Below are positions 12,995 to 33,815 of a stretch of 64,000 nucleotides of DNA, one piece after another. Within the stretch, counting starts at the first letter, position 1; each line of letters starts with the position of its first letter. Source of the stretch: Antedon mediterranea (Eukaryota; Animalia; Echinodermata). A program made the position numbers and the translations under genes. The notes beneath the pieces were generated by a model, which searched no databases, was not told the origin of the DNA, and worked only from the letters and a program-made list of their open reading frames with translations. The stretch lies in the NCBI RefSeq assembly GCF_964355755.1, contig NC_092677.1, forward strand, positions 9,198,101-9,262,100, read 5' to 3'.

Positions 12995-14036
12995 CGGTCC
13001 TACTAAACACCACCAGAGACCACCAGATACCTACTAGAGCAATACATCTTACCACCAGAGAGCAGCCACCTGTTTGGAATTTATTATTAAGGGTATATTG
13101 CAAATTTCAAAGCTTAATTCTTTCAGAAACTGATAAAATTGAAGTTTAAAGTTGAATTTCTCGCCGTCGTATTCCAGAACCAACGAAACGAACGCATTCA
13201 TCCGTGTCTCTTGTGTATTGTATTCAACGCTCAACTATGAGGCTCTACCGATGCTTTTTTGTTACTTTAGTCAGTCATATAAAATACACCAATCGATTGC
13301 GCGATTAGTCTTTCTTTTGACATTATGTTTTTATTATGTTTTGTATGTCAAAATCGGTAACGATAACATAACAAATAGCATACGATAACATTTTTTTGCA
13401 CATTAATTTAAATTATTTCCCTTTGTTGCAGACTCATCCAAAATTTCAAGGTCATTATTTAGCTTTACTAATTCAATCTGTTTTTTTTATTTTCTATATT
13501 ATATTATATTTTCTATTTCACCACTCTGACATATAGTGCAGTGGCCAGATATTTCTTTAGACATAAAATACACGGTAATATCAAGTTAAAACTTCTGTTT
13601 TATTTTCTCTTTCCACATTCCTATTCTATAATGAGTTTACTCTATTTTAACATACGATTACCATCACTGACAAAAGGTAGTTGGCATAAAGTTTTATTTA
13701 TTTTTAATAAATGTTATAGTGTACAGAAACAAATTTCTGATTTTATTTGACCAAATAAATTCATCGGTAGCGCCTCATAGTTGACTGTTGAATACAATAC
13801 ACATGAGACACGGATGAATGCGTTCGTTTCGTTGCTATAATGTTTATCAAACGCATTCGGTTCTGGAATACGAAGGCGAGAAATTCAACTTTAAGCTTCA
13901 ATTTTTATCAGTTTCTGAAAGAATTAAGCTTTGGAATTTGCAATATACCCTTAATAATCAATTCCAAACAGGTGGCTGCTCTCTGGTGGTAGGATTTATT
14001 GCTCTAGTAGGTATCTGGTGGTGTTTAGTAGGACCC
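12995..14036. mobile_element. Foldback MITE with about 260-bp TIRs
   Basis: Ends (c)ggtcctactaaacaccaccag... / ...ctggtggtgtttagtaggaccc. 8-bp TSD GTAATTTC at 12987-12994 and 14037-14044. Confidence 0.88.
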
Positions 14037-15382
14037 GTAATTTCAGCGTAACAAAACTGGCGATTTCAAATGTACGTACCGCAGGACTATAATACATTGT
14101 CGTTTACAGAAACGAATAAATAGACACGATGATTTATGTAGTCAACTAAAATTAGCACCCTGGGAATTACTTCCGAAGGAGAAACTTATCACAAAATTAG
14201 TCCAAATTTTTTATTTGGACTCATTTAAATAAACCCAATTTGTGTTTTGTATGTAACATTAGGGTTGAGGGATGGGAAAGCGGATAGGTACAAAGAGGAA
14301 CGATTTTTAAATATATTCTTTATCCACTCAGTAACGAAATATTTTTTTCATGTTTTATAGGCCTATAAATAATATACCTCTAAATACAGTAAAACATTTG
14401 CGATTTAATACTTTGTTAAAATTGTCACTGTCATAATCGATTGAAATATTAAAGTACATGTCACGATACACCACTACGACGTTTATATTTTTGGTAATTA
14501 TTAATTAATACAAACGTTGAGAAGGAACTGTCAGTATAAAGTTTATTTGTATATAATAATGTGTTTATATATCTAACAGTAGAGCCTATCCACAATCTCA
14601 GTAATAAAGTTTATTTGTATTATTTTTATATTACATCTAACAGTACAAACATTCACAGTAAGAAATTTTCGATTCAAATGAGGACCAAAAATAGTTAATA
14701 GGTATTTACAGTATTGTCTTCAACATGATGATGCTGTACTCTAGCTGTTCAACCAGTTTTCAGCTATTAAAAACAATTATCGTAGGAGGCGATAGGAAAA
14801 TGCGAAGCCTCCTCGCATTTTTGTGGCGGGTATTTTTCAAGATGGACATCCATTAGACAGTGTATACCACGATCGGAAAACACCCCTATTTGGGGCAAAT
14901 CGTTGAACCTAAATTCGTTTTAATCGTCAATAACTAATTACCTAACTCAATTTAATTAGTAAACAGGGTTATATCAGATGGTTAAAATCAGTACTGAAAG
15001 TATGAACCAACTTTATATACCATCGAGTAAAAATTCTATAAATTAACCGAGATTTATCGAATTTTGCCCTTACGTAAATTTATATATAGATACAGTTGTT
15101 TGTATCAAGACAAGCAGTACAGTACAGTATGTTTTTTTTAATGAATGTTCTTTTTTGTTTTTAACTTTGCTACAAATGTTACGTAATAAATTACAACAAA
15201 AAGACAAACAGAAAAGGAAGAAACATATGGGCCATGTAGAAATAGGTTATTATTACCGCCATAGCCTATTATGTGGGCGTATTGCTCACTGACTTTGTTT
15301 TACACTGTACTACCCACCAGTCACGATTAATCATCATTTTTATTTCTTCAATTTACAGTGTTGTCTGCCAACAGATACAAAC

Positions 15383-23934
<8,552 letters not shown>

Positions 23935-25448
23935 TGTTCTTTTGATACTTTTTTTTACCATAAAGTTAAAGTATTTTATAACCTCACACATGATGATCAT
24001 TATTTCAACTTTACCATTGCAAGAACTCTAGAATTTGTTATTGAAAGTAGTACAAAGTTATCGACAACTTTGAAATACATTAATACAATCAGTGGTTGAA
24101 TTTATCCTAATGGTAAAGTTTAACAATAGGGTGCTTTCGATTTCCGATGACAAAAAACATATGTTTTTTCACATGTTATTTTATTGTATGCGTGCCTTCA
24201 AGTTTTGATTTTGTCAATGACATATGCATTTTTACCATTTTCGGTGTACAAACAATTTTAGTGGACAACGACTTGGGGTCAAAAAATGTAATTCCGAATT
24301 TACATAACTCGGGTTCTGTGGATGGTCGCAAGAAAAATGTGCCTACCTATTTAATGAAATTACCATGCATGGTAAATACACTTTTAATTTTGTATCCTTT
24401 TATTTCCGTGTACCTAAAATAATTGAGATGCTTTATATGCAAAATCGATGTACATAAACAACTACAGCATTTTTTGTTGAAAAAAATATTTGTATATACA
24501 GTACAACTAAATAAATCTTCAGTACATTCTATTCATGTCCCATATCTTTCAATTTTCTTTCAATAATGTTTCTATTTAAGTTACTGTTATTCATTCTTGC
24601 ATATTTTAATTAGTCACAACATTTCATGTGTTTTATTTTATTTTCTATGTATAGGTATATCAATTTAAGTTAATATAACATTATAATCAAACTAATGTAA
24701 AATATCATTACTCTTATATAGGCCTAATAGATAGTATGGCATTTTAAATAACTTGTGTTTCCAGTATGTAATTAAGGAGTTCGACAATGTTTTATATGGA
24801 AACCTTAAATGACCTACTGGAGTTATCTTAATAAAACTGCCCAAATAGGATGTCATTGTGTTCATAAATGGGCACATCACACCTTATTTGTCAAACGAGT
24901 TTGGTTGTGTAGACAGAGGCTTAAGAAAGAAGTGGTTAAAATGTAAATCTTTTTAAAATATGGTATTCCAGGAAAAACAGAGTTCGAGCATCATTTATAT
25001 GAAAGCCCGGATTACTGTTTTCATTTGGATGTCACTTTAAGCTTATAGTTAATAATGTGATATTATGACAAGTACTGTATTAATTAAAACATGTTTTATG
25101 TAAAATATAATTATGCAGCATTGTTCCAGATAACGATTTTACAAAATATTAAAGTCTTTGTATGTTCAGAATGAGTGTGTTTCCTTGTTAAAGTTCCAAT
25201 TTTGGTCGCAACGCAAGAACGGAAGTGCACCGCAAGAATCTCTTAAGTGTGGTTCCCACTAGAACGCGCAACTTAACGTAACGCAGCGACGTATCGACGC
25301 AAAGTGCTGGCTGGTCCTTGCATTACGTCTACGTGGGAATCAAGCATTACGTTGCGTTACGTACTTGTGTTGCGTCTCTACAAGTGGGACTTCAAAATTG
25401 GTTGCGCCATTACAGTCGAATCTTGTTCACTTGCGTTATTAGCTATCT

Positions 25449-28400
25449 CTATTGACATGGCATTGAGACCAGTCGTAAAACCTTTGTGGAATTTAATTCT
25501 TTTATCTGTCTAAGTTCATACTGCATGGTGTTTTTTATATTCACCTCTTGGAGGGGTGATTTTGAAAAATATGAATTTCTAAAGTATGCGTCTTTTGAAC
25601 TGACATTAAAGCCGTAAAGCGATATCTTCTTGCACATTGGTATTGCAACAGTGGAGAGCAGCAGTCCGTTTGATGATATGTCTACGTTGAATCCCCAGAA
25701 ACTTGAAAGAAAGAGAAATAAAAACATTAATAAAGCTGTTGCTTTTGTATATATGATAATAATTCAACTGTTTTGCCAGAAATGATAGCGACCTTCAATT
25801 TCACAACGTGACTATTGAGTCAAGACTCATCCTGCGTTACGCTCAGAAACGCAGAATGACTGTTGGACTCAATAGGTAGAAAACGAAAGGTCATTCTGTA
25901 CGTACAAAACCATTAAACTCATTTATCTGTTTCTTCGTTTCTGTTGAGTGATTCTGTTGTTCTTGTAGTAGTAGCCCAAAAGCTTTGTCTACACTATTAA
26001 ACTTTGATGTGAACAAAATATGTGATGTACGATGACGCACGCACGATGACGATGTCATATCACTGTCATATTTGGGCACATCATACTTTTTAGTTTGATA
26101 GTGTAGACAGAGCTAAATGGTGGTTTCAGACTTTCCTACTTTGTTTACAATTCTTCCTTTTGTAATTTAGTTAGCATGGAAGGGGAGAGATAATTGAAAT
26201 AATTAGGCACCTTGAAATGGTTGTCCGGTAATATTTCAAATTCGGGTAGGAAAATGTCAAGTCTTGAGCATTATGTTTAGCGAATTTTGCAATTTGATCA
26301 AACGATTTTGGATTAATTCCGCCATGTTTGATTATCCACATGTTAGCTTTTCCCAAACTTAACAACTGTTGTTTAACACCAGCATAACAAGGATTATTTT
26401 TGTTTTGAGTACATCTGGCAATTTCCAGAAATCTCACTTGATGCACAGCCATGAAATCAGTTCGATTACCAACATGTCGTCTGTAATTATGTGTTGGCGC
26501 CATGTTTGAACGCATAACGAAATCATGTGCGTCGATCTCTGCTCCGCATTTGCTGCCCAACAAAATGTCACTGTTTCCAACTATTGCGCATGTGCTATAT
26601 TCCTTATCTAAAGATTTATTTCTGCTAATATTGTCTTTTGAAAATGTATCTTCCCTATCTTGTTGATGTATTGAGATCGTTTCGTTTAAGGTCAATTGAC
26701 TTTGCTTTAATCTATTCCTGTAAAACAAATGATAGAAAATAGAAATAAAAAACTATTATTGCAAACAAATGTTGTAATTGATTGTTTTTTGTAACAATTT
26801 AGACTCATAAAAGAGAAACTTTTTAACGCTACGCTCTGCGAATGAAGTCTTCAACGTATTAGTGTACTCGTAACTGAAATTACGAAGTAAAATTACGACG
26901 GAATAATTTATTTCCCCTTTGTGTGGGACGGAATAAGTTTATTAATTTGTGTTTTGTCGAGGTATGACATTAAATATGATGATCTATGATAATAGCGGAA
27001 CCGAAGAACAATTAATTTAACATACCTGAGTAACTTAACTTGAAGATAATCAATATGTCTCGATAATCTTCTTTGCATTATGTCCTGCATTGGTAATATA
27101 TGCCGCTGTTTTATCTTCCCCTTAGGCCTATTCTTCGCACTTTACACATAAATAATAAATATATTTGCCACACTAGACATAATATTATAGTGAACTTATC
27201 AACACTTTAATAGAAGAAGATAAAGTGCAACTATTAGGCCTACAAAAACCTTGTTTCAGAATGTAGTTTGATCGATCTTTTACACTTCTATCTTATATCC
27301 TTCAGTATTTCTCGCTACCAAAAATACTTGATATATTATTTTCAGAAATAAAATTCTAAAACTGAATTCGTAAATGGTAGACATAAATAATAAAACAAGG
27401 GAAGAATAAAAGTAATTTTTCACCTTTTGAATTGTCTTGCAGAATCTCCATTCATTATTTTCTTTTCTGTTTTATTGTCAGCATCTTTTATTCTGATTTT
27501 TAAAATATAAATTAGTGTTTACAAGCACACTACATAATAGGCCTCCTATATCATACAAACACACATAGGCCTACACGTATTGCGTGTCTTAATCATGGCA
27601 TAAAATATTCAATGGACATTTTTAATTTTAAAATAACCCATGATTATTATGTACTGCCTATATATTTGAAAACGGCAGCACCATTTTGCAGTACCAGTTG
27701 TTTTTTTTTTTTGTATAATTTATTTGTTGGCCCATTTTTTTATGCCCACTTCTTGTCAGTTACGAAACGTGGGATACGTACGCATATAGGCTATAAGTAA
27801 TTAACCTGGTGAAATTTCAAGTAGATGGTATTATTCTGCTTCTGTTGCTGTTCAGCCTCCGTAAATGATGGTATTGAAATGCATGAACTAATACGTGCTA
27901 TTCATTGTACTTATGAAAATATACAATTCCTTTGGTATTGAATTCAAATCGGTGACGTGTATACTATAATAGAAAAAACCGTGATTACGGTCAGGGTCAA
28001 GGGCAGACTAAACGTACGCGCCATTTAAGTTTTGAGATCCTACAACCTTTCAGCTTTTAACTAGCAAAGCGTTTCGAATAAGAAAACCTTTTAATCAACG
28101 GAAATACAATTCAAAGACTGTATACAGAACATAGGTTAAACACTTCATTACAATTTCTATTTCAAAATCATGGATCCGCAACTTCACCACTTATTTGAAG
28201 ATACTCTGCAGTTGATCCTACCATGGAGGAGTTCGTTTTCTTTCCTCCATATAGTCCCACTAAACAGGCACCACACACAACCACTCAAACTCTACACAAT
28301 AATAGGCTCAATAGTATATTACAGTAGTAGATATATTCTAGAGGAGAATGTTGGGTTCACATTGATTTTTTAGGAGTTATAAGACGCGTTTATGGTCACC

Positions 28401-28671
28401 ATAATGTGGTTGTGTGGTCTTTGTGTAGCCTCATCATCATTGTTACGTGACCTGACAAATTCATGTTTTGAAAAAACTAAACATACCCTTCCTTCTGATT
28501 CAGCATCTGCAACTGTTGGATTTTCATAAAAGTTGCCAATAAATGCTTATTGGTTGAGTATTCGCATTCTGTATCCATCATCATTATAACCATACCGATT
28601 ATACCAACGTATATAATTGCAAATAGACCGAGCACTAAATAATTTGACTTTATTGGGTGAAACCGGAACAT
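25449..28671 (-). CDS. GT29 alpha-2,8-sialyltransferase (ST8Sia)-like type II membrane protein, probably catalytically impaired
   Basis: Exons 28671-28487 (TM anchor), 27492-27424, 27139-27026, 26717-26211, 25701-25449, all joined in phase 2. Sialylmotif L CAIVGNSDILLGSKCGAEIDAHDFVMRSNMAP, motif S SSNGLLLSTVAIPMCKKISLYGF, and an ST8Sia-type C-terminal Cys (VLRLVSMPCQ). Confidence 0.85.
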
Positions 28672-31600
28672 CTACAAAAATAAATGAGACACCGTTAACG
28701 AATGTATGAGAAATGACGTAATGTAATTCCATGTAATTTATGGAGCAGAGTGTGATATTGATTTGGTTGTTATGCATAGGCCTACTTCCCATGGGGAATC
28801 CTACCTTTGATTTATCAATTTAAGGTACAATACTACTACTCCTTTGGGACATCCCTATCTCAGGGTACACCTCTAATCAGGAGACACCACTATAATGAGT
28901 CCTATTGACATTTTCGTGTGAAACGAACTAATGGGGTATCACCTACCTTGATAATTTATGATTGGCCTTCGAAAGTTGTTTTGTATTTGTTTATTAATCG
29001 TGTATTTTAGTCGTTGTGTTTTTGGAAGGTGAAGTGCTGCCTGTAAAATACAATAACTACAGTACTGTAAATTTATTCGATTATTTACTCTCTGGCTCAA
29101 CTCAATTAGACAGGTAGCACTAGACAAACAACGACAATCAAACAATGTTAGTTTTATATCGTCACGTATAGTAGTTGTATACGAACTCCTACTGGGAAGC
29201 TACCGGGCAGCATATAAGGTGTTTTCAAAATGAAATCATGGTTTATCCCTCCTGCCCCGATAAATTACAATCCAAAAACATATTTAAATTATATTCACGA
29301 TATACGTGATATGTGAACTTTTTGTATTTTGGATAGTGTGCATGTGTGTGTCATTGATTTGAGGGGAGAATGCATATAATATTGCTTTTAAAAATATCTT
29401 CAATGTTGGATAAACCTACCTTAACTATTCGATGTCACTCGGTGTTTGAGATCAAAGGACTAAAAAGAAAACCAAAGAAAACCAAAGATACGGGGTAGTG
29501 AGGGTACTCTATAAATATATGGGTGTAGGTGTACTATTACGTAAGGGCAAATAAAACCTAAACCAGGATTTCTTCTACGACCAAAGCCAATTCGCAAAGC
29601 TTGAATTTCGCGCGTAATAATAGGCCTACTTGTTACAAATCTAAATATTAGGCCTAACCATAGAGATATTATAGTGATATATAATATCTCTATGGCCTAA
29701 CTAACGCGTAGTAGTTCGCTTCTATCTATCGTTTATCTGATAACATGAGCTCACTTTTAATTTTAGAAACGAAACATAAAAACACTGTTTCTCTGCAGTA
29801 TATTTTCCTTCCTCTATATCTCAAATGGTACTAGGCCTATATCTGTCCAGATATTGATTTCACGTAGTATTTCTGACGCCTTCTATTGATATTTCAAACA
29901 AAACTACTTAACTGTGAATACAGTGCTATAACAATGTTTGCGAAGTCGTATTGTTGAGCGGGGAACAGCTGGGATCAATATATTAACTTAGGTCTTAGGG
30001 CTATATCTATATAACTACTGAAATTCTTATTTTATTACTAACCTGAGAAAATGGCATACGTTGGTGGTGGTACCATACCATGGAGTTTGCTCCCTGTCAT
30101 ACCATAGTAAGCCTGGCCACGCGAGTAACACAGTAAGCAGGTAGGTTCCTTCTGTGTAAAGTTGATCTCACATCACAAAAGGTGTACAAGGACTAACATT
30201 ACAATTTGTGTAGGATGGTTACAGGTGAATAATTTATAACAACTGCTGAAAATAATCTATGGTTAGGATCGGACCAGTGACGTAATCAGAGGGATTGAAC
30301 TATACCTTTAATTCAATTTGATTACTTTCCACGGAAAAAATACGCATATTCATACGTAGATGATGAAATATCTTTAATATTAAATTACAATTTTATCAGG
30401 TAATTTGTTTTTCGTTCCAATTTTGGCATATTTTTTTCGGAGACAATAGGCTACCGTATCCTTTAAAGAAAAAAAACATATACACCTGTTACAAACATAG
30501 CAAACTGTATTTTGAAACATCATACAGTACTCCGAGTCACAACACTAAATTACATGCATGTAACAATTAGAAATACATTACAATGTCAAAAAACTTTTAC
30601 AAAAAAAAAAGTCACATGGTTTAAATTATAACAAAAAAAATTGTAAAATTAATTAATTATCCACACAATGAGAAAAATCACATCATTAATAACGATAAAT
30701 TAAACTAGCGAGACAATATTTAGGAATAAATCGTCATTTGAATTTATTGGGTTTCTTTTTATATCACCAGTAGGCCTAAAAGTAAGTAAGTAATATAACA
30801 GGGAAACTCATAATCATTTGTATTCTTGAGATCCGCTACTGCGACCACATTAAAGACTGTAAGTTTTGGGTGAACTTCCGATCTCATACCTCAATATCTC
30901 GATGGATTCCTTCTTGGGTAGTAAAAGGTACATTACTCATTAGATAATTCATCATTAATAATGCAGCGTAATCCCATTACATGTAGTTAGATCATTCATT
31001 TAATCCGGGATTTAATCTTCAATGTACCGTGCTTATAAAGATCAATGATTCTTTTGAAACTCTTGCCAGTGCACACCGACTTCGGTGCACCCTACCATGA
31101 TAAAATGTAAACATGCGTGTTTGCCCCGATATACAGTAGATGTGATTTGACTATTGTTTATATATTTCTCGTCATCTTTGTCTTCACCAATGACATCACC
31201 ATATCTATAGAATAACGACAACATACAATAGAAAACAAAGTATTTTAATATAAGACCAAAGAAAACCGATTAGCCATCGGGAAATATAATTGATCCTTTT
31301 AACACTTGCGCAATACAACTAACTAATTTTATCCCAAAATTGTTTACGTCATTATTGTTCATTCATGTTGTTATAGAGGTAGGCCTACTACAGGTTTTAC
31401 CCTTTTAATCAAACGGCCTACAATATAACAGACTAATATGTGAAATGAATATTTACCGGTGCTATTTAACCCCAATTCTCCGCTTCTATTACAGCTATTC
31501 GGTTAGACAATAGGTTGTACAATTTGGCATCAAACGGGTACATCTTTAATCAACTTTCTACAGACTGCATAGTTTAGTCCATTAACGAGTTCCACAAGAA

Positions 31601-33815
31601 TATGAGTTGGAACATCAGTCTGACCATCCATCTATACGAAAAAAAGAATGAACAGAAAATATATAGGAGCTACAAATTACTATATACGATAAGAAAGGAA
31701 AATAAAAGACTTACATCAGACATTCTGGGGGATGGGAGTCTAAAAAGAAGAAAATCTGCACTTGGCCGTCTTTAATAGGAAAACTAAAAAGAAAAAAATC
31801 TAACGATAAAAAAGAGAAATAAATACGCGAAATAACGACTCACTAAAACATGATCTGTAGGCCTATTAGGCCTACAAATACTACAATCAAAATAACACAA
31901 ATTAAAATTATAAAATACTTACACTACACTAACTTGTATATAAACAAAATTAGAGACAATCAATCTGCTAGAAGAAAAAAGAATAATAAAAACAAAAGAA
32001 CCTCTCGCTAATAAACAATGAAAACAAAATTACATAAATAAATCATAAATTGCATGTAATTATAAAGAGGCTGACAATTAAACAACGAAATAATGGGAGA
32101 GAATTTGTCTTTTTTGTTTGATCTAATTGATCGAAAAGTAGGCCTACTAAAACTGGTGAAAAAGGTTTCCGGGACAAAGAAACAAAAAAGTGTTTTTACT
32201 ACATTGTAAACGACTAAATATCATTTTCAAGCATATGATTACGATGTTCACATTTACAACAACCCAAGGAAAAATAATATGAGACCACTGACGGAGGGAT
32301 AAGAACACAGTACGGAAAACAATAGCAAAGAACCTTGTTCGAAACTCAAGACAAGAAAGAGAGATATCGAGAGAACTAGGCCTAAACTTCGCTATATGTA
32401 ACAAATCGGTAGTATAGGTAGTACTGTACTACGGTTATGGCCAGCCCAGCTGATCTTTATGAAACGTACTGTTTTGGTACTTTTCGGTCGATTGCATCAA
32501 CACAGAAGATAAATTCTCTCCTAATAGTATTAGGATCTAAATGAAATTATATAAAAAAAAAACACGAAATAAAACAAAATACTTACATTTCAAACTATAA
32601 CTTCTTGGAAAAAATGGTAGGGGAAGAAAAAAAGAGAACGAGGATAACAAAGAAACACAAACGAAGAGAAATACCCTCAATTTTAAATATGCTGGTCAAA
32701 TCTCATAATGCATTCAACTATTTCCCATGAAAAACACAATAAGACTTAATATCTACATCCCAAATTGTCCAGATGTTTTTGATAATAAAAACTGGACGCT
32801 AAAGATGCACTCATCGGAAAACAATGACGTCACTTGACACGTATGAGATAATTAATTGACAATGTCCACCTCACAGAACAAAATAAAATATTCAGTTACT
32901 TTTTATTTTAGTTATCACAAATTTATAGAATACATTTTGGTGAACGAGCGTACATATTCTTTGTTATTATTATTTTGTACATTTTTGTGAATAAATAAAG
33001 CTTTTTTTTTTGTACGATTGTTGTTATTCGACTGTTAAACCACATTAATAATACCATGGAGTATTCTTATTCTTTACTCCATGATAATACTTAAAACAAA
33101 ATACGTGACTCTGGCAATATTTGTAACAACATACAGTTAAATAAAAGGTAGTTACTATTTCACTATATCTCTTCGCACCACTTTAAACTATTATAAGTGG
33201 GTTGTCTGATAAAACCAATTCATTAAAATTACATGCATGACCAGGTGTCATAATATAATCACATAGAAGATACTAACGTTCTAGTCTAAAGCATACTATT
33301 CATTTTAAAGTAATTGATCTACACTTGATTGCTTCTTGATAATTGTTTTGAAAATAATAATAATAATTTATTGGAAACTTCACTTTTACAACAGTGACAC
33401 ACTTTGATGATAAAGGTGCGTCCAAGTAATAACTTAAAATTAAATAAAATAAATGTTGTATAAAAAATACAGCATACAATTACAAGAATATATAACATTA
33501 TTAACTTAAAAATGAATCAAAATAAATGAAAAAATAATAAAATACCAAACATACAAAAAAATAAATAAAACGAACAATGGTATGAATCAAATAAGATGTA
33601 GTATGTCAATTGGGACACCCCTATCCAGAATACCGCAATTTCCTGTGAAACAATGGAGTGAACAAGGTGAAATGTACTCTCAAATAATGAGAGAGAAGTC
33701 ACATTCAATAGAGTACTGTAGATCAAAAAGTTGAATCATCACTATTTTGGAGTTTTATCCTATGGTGTATTAAATACACAATAGTGCATCTATTGGTTTT
33801 CCATATTTCATTCAG

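Noticed and set aside
13052-13068. CTCF-like motif CCACCAGAGAGCAG in the foldback TIRs
   Set aside because: It mismatches at a core G and cannot be distinguished from chance without a PWM or ChIP data.
13049-14051. Two similar ORFs (LEY.GEKFNFKLQF) on opposite strands
   Set aside because: They are mirror translations of the TIRs of one element, with no transposase motifs.
30073-30106. Another P-like footprint (catggagtttgctccctg)
   Set aside because: It is too short and the flanking duplication does not align as a clean 7-bp TSD.
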